The notes beneath the pieces are model-generated. The model saw nothing but the letters and a program-made list of their open reading frames with translations. It ran no database searches and was not told the DNA's origin. Both the position numbers and the translations under genes were made by a program. Shown here one piece after another: positions 43,874-53,937 of a DNA stretch of 64,000 nt (the first letter of the stretch is position 1; every line of letters begins with the position of its first letter). The stretch is from Gammaproteobacteria bacterium. Its GTDB lineage: Bacteria; Pseudomonadota; Gammaproteobacteria; UBA4575. The stretch covers positions 384,001 through 448,000 of the forward strand of contig CBDCTA010000029.1 of the NCBI GenBank assembly GCA_965221955.1, read 5' to 3'.

Positions 43874-45258
43874 ACAGACACTTCTATTCCATATTCAGTT
43901 ACATTAATATTATATTTAGCATAAAGAAGTTCATTTAAATATCGATCATTTTTATTGATAAATTCTCTGACTAAGTCGTCGACTTCAGATTTTGTAAACC
44001 CTTCATCACTTCCATAAAAGTTATCTGTTATATAATCTATTTTCTCGTTTGTTACAAAGCCGTTATTGTGCAAATAAAAAAGTACACTAGCTAATAATCT
44101 TTTCAATAAAAATATATAAGATGTTTTTTTAACTTTTATATTATCTATCAATAAATTTGACCAGCCTCCTTCGCTTCTTTCAAGAATATGACATAATGCA
44201 AAGTACGTTCTAGGGATAGACATACCAAGATGAGTTGAAAACAATACTCTCATACCTTTTTCAACTTGTTCCGTTTGTTGCGCGAAGACGTTATTTTGAA
44301 TCGCGTCAAAGTTTTTAATAAATTTTTCAGGTTTTATAAAGTTGTAATATTTATAATGCTCGCGCCAATGGCCAGTATAATCATCTATTAGGTCCAGGCA
44401 ATAAACTCTTTTGCCGGCTAAAACACTTTCAAAAAAAGATGTAGAAAGAAACTGTGCTACAACATCTGTACCTGCTATTATTTCTGAGAAAGGCTCATGC
44501 TGACTGATTTGAACATTATTAAACTCCAAAAGTTTCGAGTAGGCCTCTACCGGTTCACCAGGATGTAACCTAACTATAATGTTACATGTCGGGTGATTCT
44601 TAGCAACCGACTCAATTACATAATAGAACTTTTTAAATGCTTCAGAATAAAACTCTCTTAACCTAAAATTTTTGTCATATTTGTAAACTTTAAGAATACT
44701 TTTGTATTCAGCATCTTGCATATTCGCTAGTGTGAAATCTGATACAAAAACAATTTTATTTTTTTGTTCTTCGCGACAACTAGTTGAGGATCTTTCAGAA
44801 TGTGTCAATAAATCGAATTTAGGGCATCCAGTTATATATATGCGATTAGGATTAATTTTAGCCTTATTAACTAGTAATTCGGCAAGATTTCTACCCCAAA
44901 CTATGTGAAAATCAATGTCTCTATTATATTTGCTTAAAGCGTTTAAATTTAACTTCTCGTTATAAAATCGTTTATCAAACAGCTGCTCACTATGCCACTT
45001 TACAAGCTTGGCTTTGCTATAATATTTCCAAGCTAAAGTGTAATGTGTTCTATTGCTATTATATGAAGGTGTTACAAGTATATTAGATTTTTTTTTAATT
45101 GTTTTAATAAATTCACTCTTGCCATTAAGCCATACAGGATCTTGATAAGTCGGGTGTAATTCAATCCCACCATTTTTTTCAAACAAAGACTTCAAAATTA
45201 TAATGTAAGGTAATTCTCGAAGTTTTGTATCTATTTGTATAGTAATATTTTTTTTCAT
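43870..45258 (-). CDS. Surface carbohydrate biosynthesis protein (GT-B-like; candidate nonulosonic acid transferase)
   Basis: RE near the N-terminus, then VWG, TG.PKFD, VRLHPGE and STS.FE. These resemble sialyltransferase/glycerophosphotransferase-type GT-B proteins. Directly follows pseI. ATG at 45258. Confidence 0.55.
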   Translation of the reverse strand: MKKNITIQIDTKLRELPYIIILKSLFEKNGGIELHPTYQDPVWLNGKSEFIKTIKKKSNILVTPSYNSNRTHYTLAWKYYSKAKLVKWHSEQLFDKRFYNEKLNLNALSKYNRDIDFHIVWGRNLAELLVNKAKINPNRIYITGCPKFDLLTHSERSSTSCREEQKNKIVFVSDFTLANMQDAEYKSILKVYKYDKNFRLREFYSEAFKKFYYVIESVAKNHPTCNIIVRLHPGEPVEAYSKLLEFNNVQISQHEPFSEIIAGTDVVAQFLSTSFFESVLAGKRVYCLDLIDDYTGHWREHYKYYNFIKPEKFIKNFDAIQNNVFAQQTEQVEKGMRVLFSTHLGMSIPRTYFALCHILERSEGGWSNLLIDNIKVKKTSYIFLLKRLLASVLFYLHNNGFVTNEKIDYITDNFYGSDEGFTKSEVDDLVREFINKNDRYLNELLYAKYNINVTEYGIEVSV

Positions 45259-45373
45259 AATTCTTTTATAGAATTTAATATTCAAACACTGAAGAAGCTT
45301 TTCTGATTTTTGTCAGTAAAATATTTTTAAGTTTAATTGATCTAAATTCTTAGGCTGCTTAGTCAAACAGTTG

Positions 45374-46441
45374 CTACTGATCGTTTGCTATGTATGCCAA
45401 TTTCATTGGCGTGCCCATTTTTAGCTCACAATTAACTTTTTTCCCAATTAGCTCATTATAGTATTTAGGAGAAAGCCCGAACCCTGGCCGAATACATTTC
45501 ATGTTATCAGAGGTTAATATGCTGCCTTTATCAATATTCTTTACAATGTATATCGATCTTCGAAAATTCAAAGAGGCTTTTTCTGACTCTATCGGGCCAT
45601 ATGTCACCTTTCCTAGGGATTGAAAAGTATGATCAATCTCTTCGCATAATAGCTTGAATGTTTTCTCGTTAGCTGAAAATGCACCATCTACGCTTTCATT
45701 ATTCATAGACAAACTTAAGTGCTTTTCAATTACAACTGCTCCCAATGCAATACTTGCTATTGAAGCAGTTGTTCCTATGGTATGATCGGAATACCCTACC
45801 AAACACTTATATTTGTGTTTTAAATCATTTATTGTAATAAGATTTAAATCTATGTGTTCAGCAGGGTATTTACTTGTACATTTAAGTAAAACTAAATCAT
45901 TACATCCGTTGTCTCTTGCGCATTCCACGGCATCTGTAATTTCGCTCTCATCAGCCAGCCCTGTAGAAATAAATAGCGGTTTTTTTGTTTTTGCTACTTT
46001 CTCAATTAAAGGTAAATCTACATTCTCAAATGATGCGATTTTATAGCAAGGTACATCTTGGTTTTCCAAAAATTCAACTGCAGACTCATCAAAAGGGCTG
46101 CTGAACGCTATCAATCCTAAATTTTTTGCATAATCAAAGATTTCTTTATGCCAATCCCATGGGATAGATGCTTTCTTATATAAATCATATAAGTACTCTC
46201 CACGCCATAAACTTTCCTGTGAGGTAATTTTAAAATCATCTTTTTTAATGTTTAATGTCATTGTATCGGGTGTATAAGTTTGCAGTTTAATGGCTGATGC
46301 ACCGGATTTAGCCGCGGCATCTACTATTTTTAATGCGATGTCTAGAGATTGGTTGTGATTTCCCGACATCTCTGCAATTACAAAAGGCTCGCAACCCTCG
46401 CCAATAGTTTTATCTTCAATTTGTATCGATCTGATTTTCAA
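45374..46441 (-). CDS. pseI: Pseudaminic acid synthase
   Basis: IAEMSGNHNQS, KLQTYT.DT, KIASFE, KCTS.YP, SDHT, EKH and VDGAFS motifs; C-terminal SAF domain (RPG.GL). Confidence 0.88.
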   Translation of the reverse strand: MKIRSIQIEDKTIGEGCEPFVIAEMSGNHNQSLDIALKIVDAAAKSGASAIKLQTYTPDTMTLNIKKDDFKITSQESLWRGEYLYDLYKKASIPWDWHKEIFDYAKNLGLIAFSSPFDESAVEFLENQDVPCYKIASFENVDLPLIEKVAKTKKPLFISTGLADESEITDAVECARDNGCNDLVLLKCTSKYPAEHIDLNLITINDLKHKYKCLVGYSDHTIGTTASIASIALGAVVIEKHLSLSMNNESVDGAFSANEKTFKLLCEEIDHTFQSLGKVTYGPIESEKASLNFRRSIYIVKNIDKGSILTSDNMKCIRPGFGLSPKYYNELIGKKVNCELKMGTPMKLAYIANDQ

Positions 46442-46444
46442 AAT

Positions 46445-48010
46445 TTAGTCATAAATTGTGTTAAAAATGTAGACATCTCGATTCTTATCAAACTTAAATC
46501 CAGTTTTTTGAAATAATCGATGTGAAACTTTATTATCTTCGAGGACAGTGGCAATTAAGGATTCGTTTCGGTGAATATATTTTAATAGATTTATAGCTAT
46601 TTTACCCAAGCCACGACTTCTCATTGAGGGAGCAATTGCAATAGAAATTTCAAACTCTAACTCTTTAGATTCTAGCTGATCAAGTCTTATATAACCGGCT
46701 GGTTTAGAGTTGCAGATAATTATGTAAAATACACATTTTGTGTCTGCTATTTTCGACTCAAACCAAATTGCATGTTCATCCCACGTTGGTGTTTCTGTGT
46801 TTCTGGAATACTGACGTGTTGTGTTATTAGATTGCCATTCGTAAAGCATACGAGCATCATCTTCGTTTACCAATCTAAGATAAACTTCTTCTTCAGTTTT
46901 CAGAGTTGCTGGTGAAATTCTTTGCGCAACTCTATATATACCATTACCGTCAGTTATATTAAAACAATTTTCAACAAGTGAGTTATATCTTGATCTATCA
47001 TCAATTAGACTTTTTAATGAAGAATGTAGATTCTTCATATAGTCACAATCTGTGCGTCCTAAATTTATTACAGCTCCGTATTTCTCTAATTTTTCAGCTG
47101 TTTTTATTTGATTATCTGCTGCCACTATTAACAATGTTGGGAGTCCAAGACAACATCGCTCTATAGCAGTAGTTCCTGCTGCACCGATACATAAGTCACT
47201 TTCTGTCATAAGTTGAGCCATATTCTCAATGTTGACTAAAACATCTGTTTGCCATTTCATCTGTGCAGCTTGTTTTTTTACAGCTTCAATCCAAGGCGCG
47301 TGTTCTCCCATAACAATAACAATTCGGCAATCTTGCGGTAAGATACAGTCTTGTAAATTATTTAGAATACACTCTGTTATATTATCCTTGTCGACACCAC
47401 CCAAAGTAATTAACAATTTCTTAAGTTTTAGAGTTTTTCGTCGCTTAGAGTTGTGTTTTCTTAACTGAACAAACTCAGGACGTAACAAAGCGTATTGTGA
47501 GCCTGTCAAAAGTGTACACCGTGTCGATGTAAGGTTTTTGTAATCCTTTTTTGACCGTCCTAATGTTTGATCAAGCAGCAAATCACAGACATGGGCTCGA
47601 TTAGCTAAATCATCAATGACCATCATTTGTTTGCAGTAAGGGTGGAGTATTTGTTCCCAGACTTTATCTAATGCGTAGTGATCCACAATAATCCAATCAA
47701 TGGGATTTGCTGAGATTTTTTTTACTATATTTAGCGTTTCATTGGCATCTGTGTGTATGTTAGTGCCTAACCAATGTTGATAATCAATTGGCTCAATATG
47801 TACGCCATCAATATTTTGTTCTTTGAGTGGCAAGCGATGTGTTTCATATCCCCTTTGTTCAATATAGTCCGCTATATTTCCCTCATGAAAACGGGTTATG
47901 AAATAGCAGTTGACTCCCTGTTCACTCAATGAATCGGCTAATGTTAAGCACCGCATAACATGACCACTACCTATCTGGATGGATGCATCACACCGAAATA
48001 CAACTAACAC
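46445..48010 (-). CDS. pseG: PseG UDP-sugar hydrolase fused to a C-terminal PseH-like GNAT acyltransferase
   Basis: FRCDAS.QIGSGHVMRCLTLA, VDHY, IDDL, LGG.D and GAAGTT..ERCCLGLP motifs. The last ~150 aa are GNAT-like (LR...D...LYEW...TWDEH..WF). Confidence 0.85.
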   Translation of the reverse strand: MLVVFRCDASIQIGSGHVMRCLTLADSLSEQGVNCYFITRFHEGNIADYIEQRGYETHRLPLKEQNIDGVHIEPIDYQHWLGTNIHTDANETLNIVKKISANPIDWIIVDHYALDKVWEQILHPYCKQMMVIDDLANRAHVCDLLLDQTLGRSKKDYKNLTSTRCTLLTGSQYALLRPEFVQLRKHNSKRRKTLKLKKLLITLGGVDKDNITECILNNLQDCILPQDCRIVIVMGEHAPWIEAVKKQAAQMKWQTDVLVNIENMAQLMTESDLCIGAAGTTAIERCCLGLPTLLIVAADNQIKTAEKLEKYGAVINLGRTDCDYMKNLHSSLKSLIDDRSRYNSLVENCFNITDGNGIYRVAQRISPATLKTEEEVYLRLVNEDDARMLYEWQSNNTTRQYSRNTETPTWDEHAIWFESKIADTKCVFYIIICNSKPAGYIRLDQLESKELEFEISIAIAPSMRSRGLGKIAINLLKYIHRNESLIATVLEDNKVSHRLFQKTGFKFDKNRDVYIFNTIYD

Positions 48011-48012
48011 TT

Positions 48013-48702
48013 TTATACAGGTTCGCTAAATTTTTCTAAAAAAATTGATTGTGCCTTTTGATAATCTCCTACGTCATCTATATCTATCTGGAAATTTTTA
48101 TGGACTTTTAGGCGGTTACCATAAAATGTTTTTTCTGTTAAGAATGAATTTCGACGAGCCCAATAAAAGCTACCATTACTAACTGTAAAATCAGGAAGTT
48201 CTTGTGATTTCTTGGTTTGAAATTCAGGCCACATACTCTTCCAGTATGTGCCATCTTGAATTAATGCTTTAGAAGGGGGGTAATTATATGGTGAGACACC
48301 CATTACAAAATCAGCAATAGGCTGCGAATTCATTTTTTTATAAGAAGCAATTAGCGTTTCGTTGTTAAGAAATAGTGCTGTAGCGTATATACAGCAAAAG
48401 GTGTCAATATTCTCATATTCTTTAGTTGTTAATATTTGAGTGCACACCTCAACAACTGAGGAATGATCTTGGGCAAGTTCTATTGGTCTGTTGAGAATAT
48501 GCACAGAGTATCTCGATGTTATCTCTGCAATCTCATGATCTTCGGTTGAAACGATAATTTCACTGAAAAGGTTGCTTTTTTGGGCAGCTTCTATTGGGTA
48601 AGCTATCATAGGCTTACCCATTACCGGAAGTATGTTTTTCCTTGGTAATCTTTTTGAACCACCTCTTGCAGGTATAATTGCAATTGGTTTTTTTTCTTCC
48701 AT
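48013..48702 (-). CDS. pseF: Pseudaminic acid cytidylyltransferase (NeuA family)
   Basis: IIPARGGSKRLPRKN, VSTED, CCIYATA and DID motifs. Confidence 0.85.
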   Translation of the reverse strand: MEEKKPIAIIPARGGSKRLPRKNILPVMGKPMIAYPIEAAQKSNLFSEIIVSTEDHEIAEITSRYSVHILNRPIELAQDHSSVVEVCTQILTTKEYENIDTFCCIYATALFLNNETLIASYKKMNSQPIADFVMGVSPYNYPPSKALIQDGTYWKSMWPEFQTKKSQELPDFTVSNGSFYWARRNSFLTEKTFYGNRLKVHKNFQIDIDDVGDYQKAQSIFLEKFSEPV

Positions 48703-48707
48703 ATCGG

Positions 48708-49769
48708 TTAGCTTATGTCTTTTATGCGTAACATGTGCCCAGCTGGAAGATTTTTGTTTAATTTTAACATTCTAACGGTTTCAAATTGATCAGGTGTTAT
48801 ACCAAAGCCTGGTCGCCTAAATTCGATATCACATTCATTGAGACATTTACCAGCATTTGAGTTGTTAACCAAGAAAGCACTGCGTCTTAACGCATCACGT
48901 TTTTTCTTCTCTTCTGAATGTAAAACTCTTCTGTATGTGCCCAATGCAATTTCAACTTCACGTATAGTCTGAATAAAGTTAGGCATTTCTTCAGGTTCTA
49001 TAGACATAATATGTTCAACACTGCGCGTTGTTCTATCTTCTGTAATCGTTTTTTCTATGAGATTTGCTCCTAATGCAACTGCTGCAATATCCATTTCATT
49101 ACCGGGTGTATGATCTGAGAATGCAACAGGATAAGGAAACATTTTTTTTAATGTAGAAATAGTATTTAGGTTAATGCTTTCGATTCTTGCGGGGTAACCT
49201 GATGGGCATTGATGTATAATAATATTTTCGTTATTTTCTTCTCTAATCACGTCTATAGCTGCTTCTATTTCCCCGATAGAAGCCATTCCCGTGTCAAGCT
49301 GAATACACATTCCTGTCCTTGCTGCACGTCTTATTAGAGGAAAATGATTCACATCGGAAGATGCAATTTTTATAGAATGACATTGCAAATCGACGAGAAA
49401 ATCTATTTCATCGTCAAACCCAATTGTTGCAAAAAAAGCCATACCTAAGTTATCGCTATATTTTTTTACTTCTTTCCATTCTGCATTTTCTAGGTAGCGT
49501 CTTTTTAAAATATCATAAAGCGGTTCCTCTATTGTTTCCATTTCCCCCGTTGTTTTGTCCTTTAGAACATCATAGGAAAACAGCTGTTTTTTATCTGAAA
49601 CTAATCTATCGGGATCTAATATTTGAACTTTAACTGCATCTGCGCCTGCTTCAGCGGCATATTTAATTAACCTCTTAGCTGAATCAATACCACTATGAGT
49701 TGGGCCAATTTCAAAAGTAATGAAACAAGGAGCATCATCTCCTATTTTTTTTTGCCCTATGTGAAACAT
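48708..49769 (-). CDS. Divergent N-acetylneuraminate synthase (NeuB) family protein
   Basis: EIGPTH, GADAVK.Q, KIASSD, C.SGYP, SDHT and EKT motifs; SAF domain RPGFGI. Confidence 0.82.
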   Translation of the reverse strand: MFHIGQKKIGDDAPCFITFEIGPTHSGIDSAKRLIKYAAEAGADAVKVQILDPDRLVSDKKQLFSYDVLKDKTTGEMETIEEPLYDILKRRYLENAEWKEVKKYSDNLGMAFFATIGFDDEIDFLVDLQCHSIKIASSDVNHFPLIRRAARTGMCIQLDTGMASIGEIEAAIDVIREENNENIIIHQCPSGYPARIESINLNTISTLKKMFPYPVAFSDHTPGNEMDIAAVALGANLIEKTITEDRTTRSVEHIMSIEPEEMPNFIQTIREVEIALGTYRRVLHSEEKKKRDALRRSAFLVNNSNAGKCLNECDIEFRRPGFGITPDQFETVRMLKLNKNLPAGHMLRIKDIS

Positions 49770-49778
49770 TTTCTTTTA

Positions 49779-50942
49779 TTATTTAATTGAGCTAGTGATA
49801 TCTTCAATCACTTGCTCTTGGGTTTCTGTTTTTAAGCTGGGGAAAATTGGCATGCTTATGGCTTCTTGATAGTACCGTTCTGCTTCAACAAAATCACCCA
49901 CCTTAAATCCCATTTTTAAATAATAGGGCTGTGTATGTACGGGGATATAATGTATGTTCACTCCTATTCCCTGTTGGCGTAAAATATCAAATACTTGTTT
50001 TCGTGTTTTTGAGATTTGATCTAGCTTTAAGCGAATAACATATAGATGAAAACTAGAGTAACTGTCAGTATGTTGCCATGGAAGGGTTATAGGGAAGTCT
50101 TTGATTAAGTTGTTGTAGCGCTCTGCAATTTTATGTCGTGCTGCAACAAATTCGTCAATACGTTGCATTTGACTGATGCCTAATGCGGCCTGTAGATCTG
50201 TCATACGGTAGTTAAAGCCTAGATCTATTTGCTGATAATACCAATCACCATCAGGATTATGCGTCATATGCTTCGGATCTCGAGTAATGCCGTGATTACG
50301 TAGCAAAGCAAGTTTATTTGCGAGTGACTGGCAATTCGTCAAGGCCATTCCGCCTTCTGCAGTTGTGATAATTTTAACTGGATGAAAGCTGAAAATTGTA
50401 ATGTCACTATAGCGACAGTTACCAATAGGCTCACCTTTATATTTTCCACCAATTGCGTGGGAAGCATCTTCAATGATACGGAATCCGTATTTTTTGCCAA
50501 GCTGATGAATTCTTTCCATTTCACACGATTGGCCACAGAAATGAACAGGAATGACAATTTTAGGTAATTTTCCAGTTTGTTTAGCAGCAGTAAGCTTGTT
50601 TTCGAGGTGCTCTATACTTATATTATATGTACGTGGGTCAATATCGATAAAATCAACAGTTGCGCCACAGAATAAGGCGCAGTTTGCGCTTGCTACAAAG
50701 GTAATTGGACTTGTCCAAACAACATCTCCCTCGCTAGCGCCTAATGCAAGACAGGCGATATGCAAAGCCGAGGTTGCACTATTCACTGCAACTGCATATC
50801 GACTGCCGCAATAGTCGCCAACTGATTGCTCGAATGCTGGTACTGCAGGCCCCTGTGTTAGGCAGTCAGATTTCAAAACATCAACAACGGCCTGAATATC
50901 AGCTTCGCTAATAGACTGGCAGCCATATGGAATAAAGCTCAT
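49779..50942 (-). CDS. pseC: UDP-4-amino-4,6-dideoxy-N-acetyl-beta-L-altrosamine transaminase
   Basis: IPYG.Q, LTQGP, NSATSALH, IEDASHA, FSFHPVKIITTAEGG and LGFNYRMTD motifs. Confidence 0.9.
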   Translation of the reverse strand: MSFIPYGCQSISEADIQAVVDVLKSDCLTQGPAVPAFEQSVGDYCGSRYAVAVNSATSALHIACLALGASEGDVVWTSPITFVASANCALFCGATVDFIDIDPRTYNISIEHLENKLTAAKQTGKLPKIVIPVHFCGQSCEMERIHQLGKKYGFRIIEDASHAIGGKYKGEPIGNCRYSDITIFSFHPVKIITTAEGGMALTNCQSLANKLALLRNHGITRDPKHMTHNPDGDWYYQQIDLGFNYRMTDLQAALGISQMQRIDEFVAARHKIAERYNNLIKDFPITLPWQHTDSYSSFHLYVIRLKLDQISKTRKQVFDILRQQGIGVNIHYIPVHTQPYYLKMGFKVGDFVEAERYYQEAISMPIFPSLKTETQEQVIEDITSSIK

Positions 50943-51940
50943 CAGATATTTCCGATTTTAACTTTATTGACTTTGATCCAATTGCGTAGTGTTTCGATGT
51001 TCATCCAATCATCATTGGTGTCACTAGCATATCTAAAGCTATCAGTTACTTGGTTTCCATCTTTAATTCGCCTTGAATCTTGGCTCCAATTATTAATGTT
51101 AGGAAGAATTTTGAAGTATCTTGGGTACTCATAAGTGTAATAGGAATCTTCCGCACTTATCATTTGTTCATGTAGTTTTTCTCCAGGGCGAATTCCAATA
51201 ATTTCGTGTTTAGCATTTGGTGCAATAGCAAGTGCAATATCAATAAGTTTCATGGACGGAATCTTCTTTACATAAATTTCGCCTCCTTCCATATCATCGA
51301 ATGAGTGCCATACCAATTCCACACTTTCCTCTAAAGTAATCATGAATCGTGTCATACGCTCGTCTGTTATTGGTAAAGTCCCGGTCTCAGCAATAGAGAG
51401 AAATAAAGGTATTACTGAACCACGTGAACCCATAACATTTCCGTAACGAACGACAGCAAACTTCGTTTCTTTGCCTCCCGCATAGGAATTTCCCGCAACA
51501 AATACTTTGTCGGATGCCAGCTTAGTAGCGCCATATAGGTTGACAGGACTGCTAGCTTTATCAGTAGATAGTGCAACTACTCGCTTTACACCTTGATCTA
51601 TACAAGCATCAATCAGATTCATTGCGCCATTAATGTTAGTTTTTATGCACTCAAATGGATTGTATTCAGCAGTTGGTACAATTTTAGTTGCAGCTGCATG
51701 AACTACATAATCAACCCCATCAAGTGCACGATAAAGGCGATCTTTATCACGAACATCGCCAATGAAAAAACGTATACGATCTTCTCCTTGGAAATTTTTT
51801 GCCATTTCCCACTGTTTCATCTCATCTCGTGAATAAATGATAATTTTCTTAGGATTGTATTTAGCTAGCGTCATTGGGGTGAAAGTTTGGCCAAATGAAC
51901 CCGTACCACCCGTAACTAAAATTGTTGAGTTTGTTAGCAT
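50942..51940 (-). CDS. pseB: UDP-N-acetylglucosamine 4,6-dehydratase (inverting)
   Basis: TGGTGSFG, YSRDEMKQ, HAAATKIVPTAEYNP, STDKA..P.NLYGATKL, RYGNV.GSRGS and RPGEKLHE motifs. Confidence 0.92.
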   Translation of the reverse strand: MLTNSTILVTGGTGSFGQTFTPMTLAKYNPKKIIIYSRDEMKQWEMAKNFQGEDRIRFFIGDVRDKDRLYRALDGVDYVVHAAATKIVPTAEYNPFECIKTNINGAMNLIDACIDQGVKRVVALSTDKASSPVNLYGATKLASDKVFVAGNSYAGGKETKFAVVRYGNVMGSRGSVIPLFLSIAETGTLPITDERMTRFMITLEESVELVWHSFDDMEGGEIYVKKIPSMKLIDIALAIAPNAKHEIIGIRPGEKLHEQMISAEDSYYTYEYPRYFKILPNINNWSQDSRRIKDGNQVTDSFRYASDTNDDWMNIETLRNWIKVNKVKIGNI

Positions 51941-52034
51941 GCTTTTAAGTTTTATACGACTATTATAAAAAGTTACTTTTAATCTAGATTTGTCATACTA
52001 TCTCTTGAGATTTATTGGCTATAATAGCCTTAAT

Positions 52035-53063
52035 TCAAATAACATTTGTAATCCGTTCAGCAGCATATTTAGCAACATCGATCGTATTTTTTCTTAACTT
52101 ATTAGAGGAAGAAATTAATTTCTCATCACTTATGTATAGAGCTTTATCTATTGCTTTTTCAATATTTTCCCATTCTAAATCTTTCGATTTCACTAGTAGC
52201 CCATATTCTTTTTCTTGTTCATTTATATATCCTCTACTCGTATTTGCAGCGTAAACTGCAGGAATTCCTAATATAACTGCTTCTGATGCCATTGTTGCGC
52301 TTTCACCAATAAAAGCTTTACATTGAGATAAAACATGATGAATATCAGAAACTTGACCGTTGTATTTAAATTTTTCTAGCTTTGGGGAAAGTTTTGATTC
52401 CGACGAAATTAAAACGTTACCCATTTTTGAAAGTTTGGATGCAATTTTTTCTATTGTTTTTTGACTTAGCCCTTTTTCACCAATATCGTGGTTTGCATTC
52501 CATGAAACTAGCCTAATAAAATAGTTATCAATCATGGGATCAATTCCGCTGTTAATTGCTATCTTTCTATTCGGTTTAAAGTATTTCGGGCTTAAATATG
52601 AAAGTTCATGATATCCTGAATATTTAATATTATTTTTTGGTAGCCAGCTTTCATAACATTTCGGAACAACAACCAATGATGCAAATGTATAAGAAATGTA
52701 ATTTTGAAATTTAGCATTTTCAGTGTCATAAAAGATAATTGAAGGCGTGTTGGTAAAGAAGCCAGCATGGGCAATAAATGTTCCGCCTATTGCTCCCAAA
52801 ACATCTGGTTTAAATTTTAAAATAATTTTTGATAGTAGATAGTCACGCTTGATTAACTCTTTTGCAAAAGCAAATATGTTTTTGTCATGTGAAGCAGAAG
52901 TTAATATTGTATGAGAAAAATCCAATGCGTCGAGAAGATCGGTTGCGTTGTCCTTTATTCTGCTAGTTATTAAAACCTCATGGCCTTGCTTTTCTAATAT
53001 TTTGATAGGGTTCTTGAAAAAATGTACATGAGCAGGATGCGTTATATCAATAAGTATGCGCAT
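52035..53063 (-). CDS. DUF354-type putative glycosyltransferase (GT-B)
   Basis: ILIDI.HPAHVHFFK, YDTE.A, GYHEL.YL and GESATMASEA..LG.P motifs. Confidence 0.75.
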   Translation of the reverse strand: MRILIDITHPAHVHFFKNPIKILEKQGHEVLITSRIKDNATDLLDALDFSHTILTSASHDKNIFAFAKELIKRDYLLSKIILKFKPDVLGAIGGTFIAHAGFFTNTPSIIFYDTENAKFQNYISYTFASLVVVPKCYESWLPKNNIKYSGYHELSYLSPKYFKPNRKIAINSGIDPMIDNYFIRLVSWNANHDIGEKGLSQKTIEKIASKLSKMGNVLISSESKLSPKLEKFKYNGQVSDIHHVLSQCKAFIGESATMASEAVILGIPAVYAANTSRGYINEQEKEYGLLVKSKDLEWENIEKAIDKALYISDEKLISSSNKLRKNTIDVAKYAAERITNVI

Positions 53064-53073
53064 ACGTTTAGTA

Positions 53074-53937
53074 TTATTTGAGGTTTGTGTCTTTAAATAT
53101 TAAAGTAGTTATTTGTTCTGAGATAAGACCTATTAGAATTATTAGTAAAGAGGATAGTAATAACAGTGCGCTCATATTTGTGAAGCGATTGTAAGCTATA
53201 AATGTATATGCATAATATGTTAAGCCTACTGAGAATAAAAGAAAGCTAATGGGAAAGAAAATTTTCAAAGGCGAATAAAGAGTTCCAACTTTAAAAATAA
53301 TAATTAAGAAACGCAAGCCATCACGGCCGAGCTTTAAATGACTTTTCCCTGTCCGTTTGTTGGCAATAATAGGTATATATTTTATCGAATAGCCAGCACG
53401 GAAAAATGCCATTGTTATAGTAGTGGGATAAGAAAAACCATTTGGGAGAATATGAAGAAACTCTTTGAACTTCTTTGCGTTTACAGCTCTGAATCCTGAT
53501 GTTAGATCATCTACTTTGTGACCTACAATCAGGCTCGCGATAGCATTATAAAGCTTATTACCAACTAAGCGCCTTTTGCCAGCATGCGAATTTGTTGATC
53601 TAGCTCCAACCGCCATATCAGCACCATTTTTGATAGCTTCTAGTAGTTTTTTTATATCTTCAGGTTTATGTTGTCCGTCTGCATCCATATATACAAGTAT
53701 TTCATTGGTTGCCGTTCTAGCTCCCGTTTTCACAGCTGCGCCATTGCCAATATTATAAGGATGGGAAACAACCGTAACGTCAAAGTCTCTAGCTAATTTG
53801 GGTGTTTCATCAGTTGACCCATCATCGATTAGTAATATTTCAGCGTTAGGGTATTGAGATTTTAGCTTTGGGAGAAGTTTTATTAGGCCCTGCGCTTCAT
53901 TTTTTGATGGTATAACAATACTAATAGAGTCATTCAA
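53074..53937 (-). CDS. Glycosyltransferase family 2, polyprenol-phosphate glycosyltransferase (DPM1/GtrB-like)
   Basis: IVIP..NE, DDGSTD, N.G.GAA..TG, MDADGQH, D.TSGFRA and R.G.S motifs, with two C-terminal TM helices. Confidence 0.85.
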   Translation of the reverse strand: MNDSISIVIPSKNEAQGLIKLLPKLKSQYPNAEILLIDDGSTDETPKLARDFDVTVVSHPYNIGNGAAVKTGARTATNEILVYMDADGQHKPEDIKKLLEAIKNGADMAVGARSTNSHAGKRRLVGNKLYNAIASLIVGHKVDDLTSGFRAVNAKKFKEFLHILPNGFSYPTTITMAFFRAGYSIKYIPIIANKRTGKSHLKLGRDGLRFLIIIFKVGTLYSPLKIFFPISFLLFSVGLTYYAYTFIAYNRFTNMSALLLLSSLLIILIGLISEQITTLIFKDTNLK

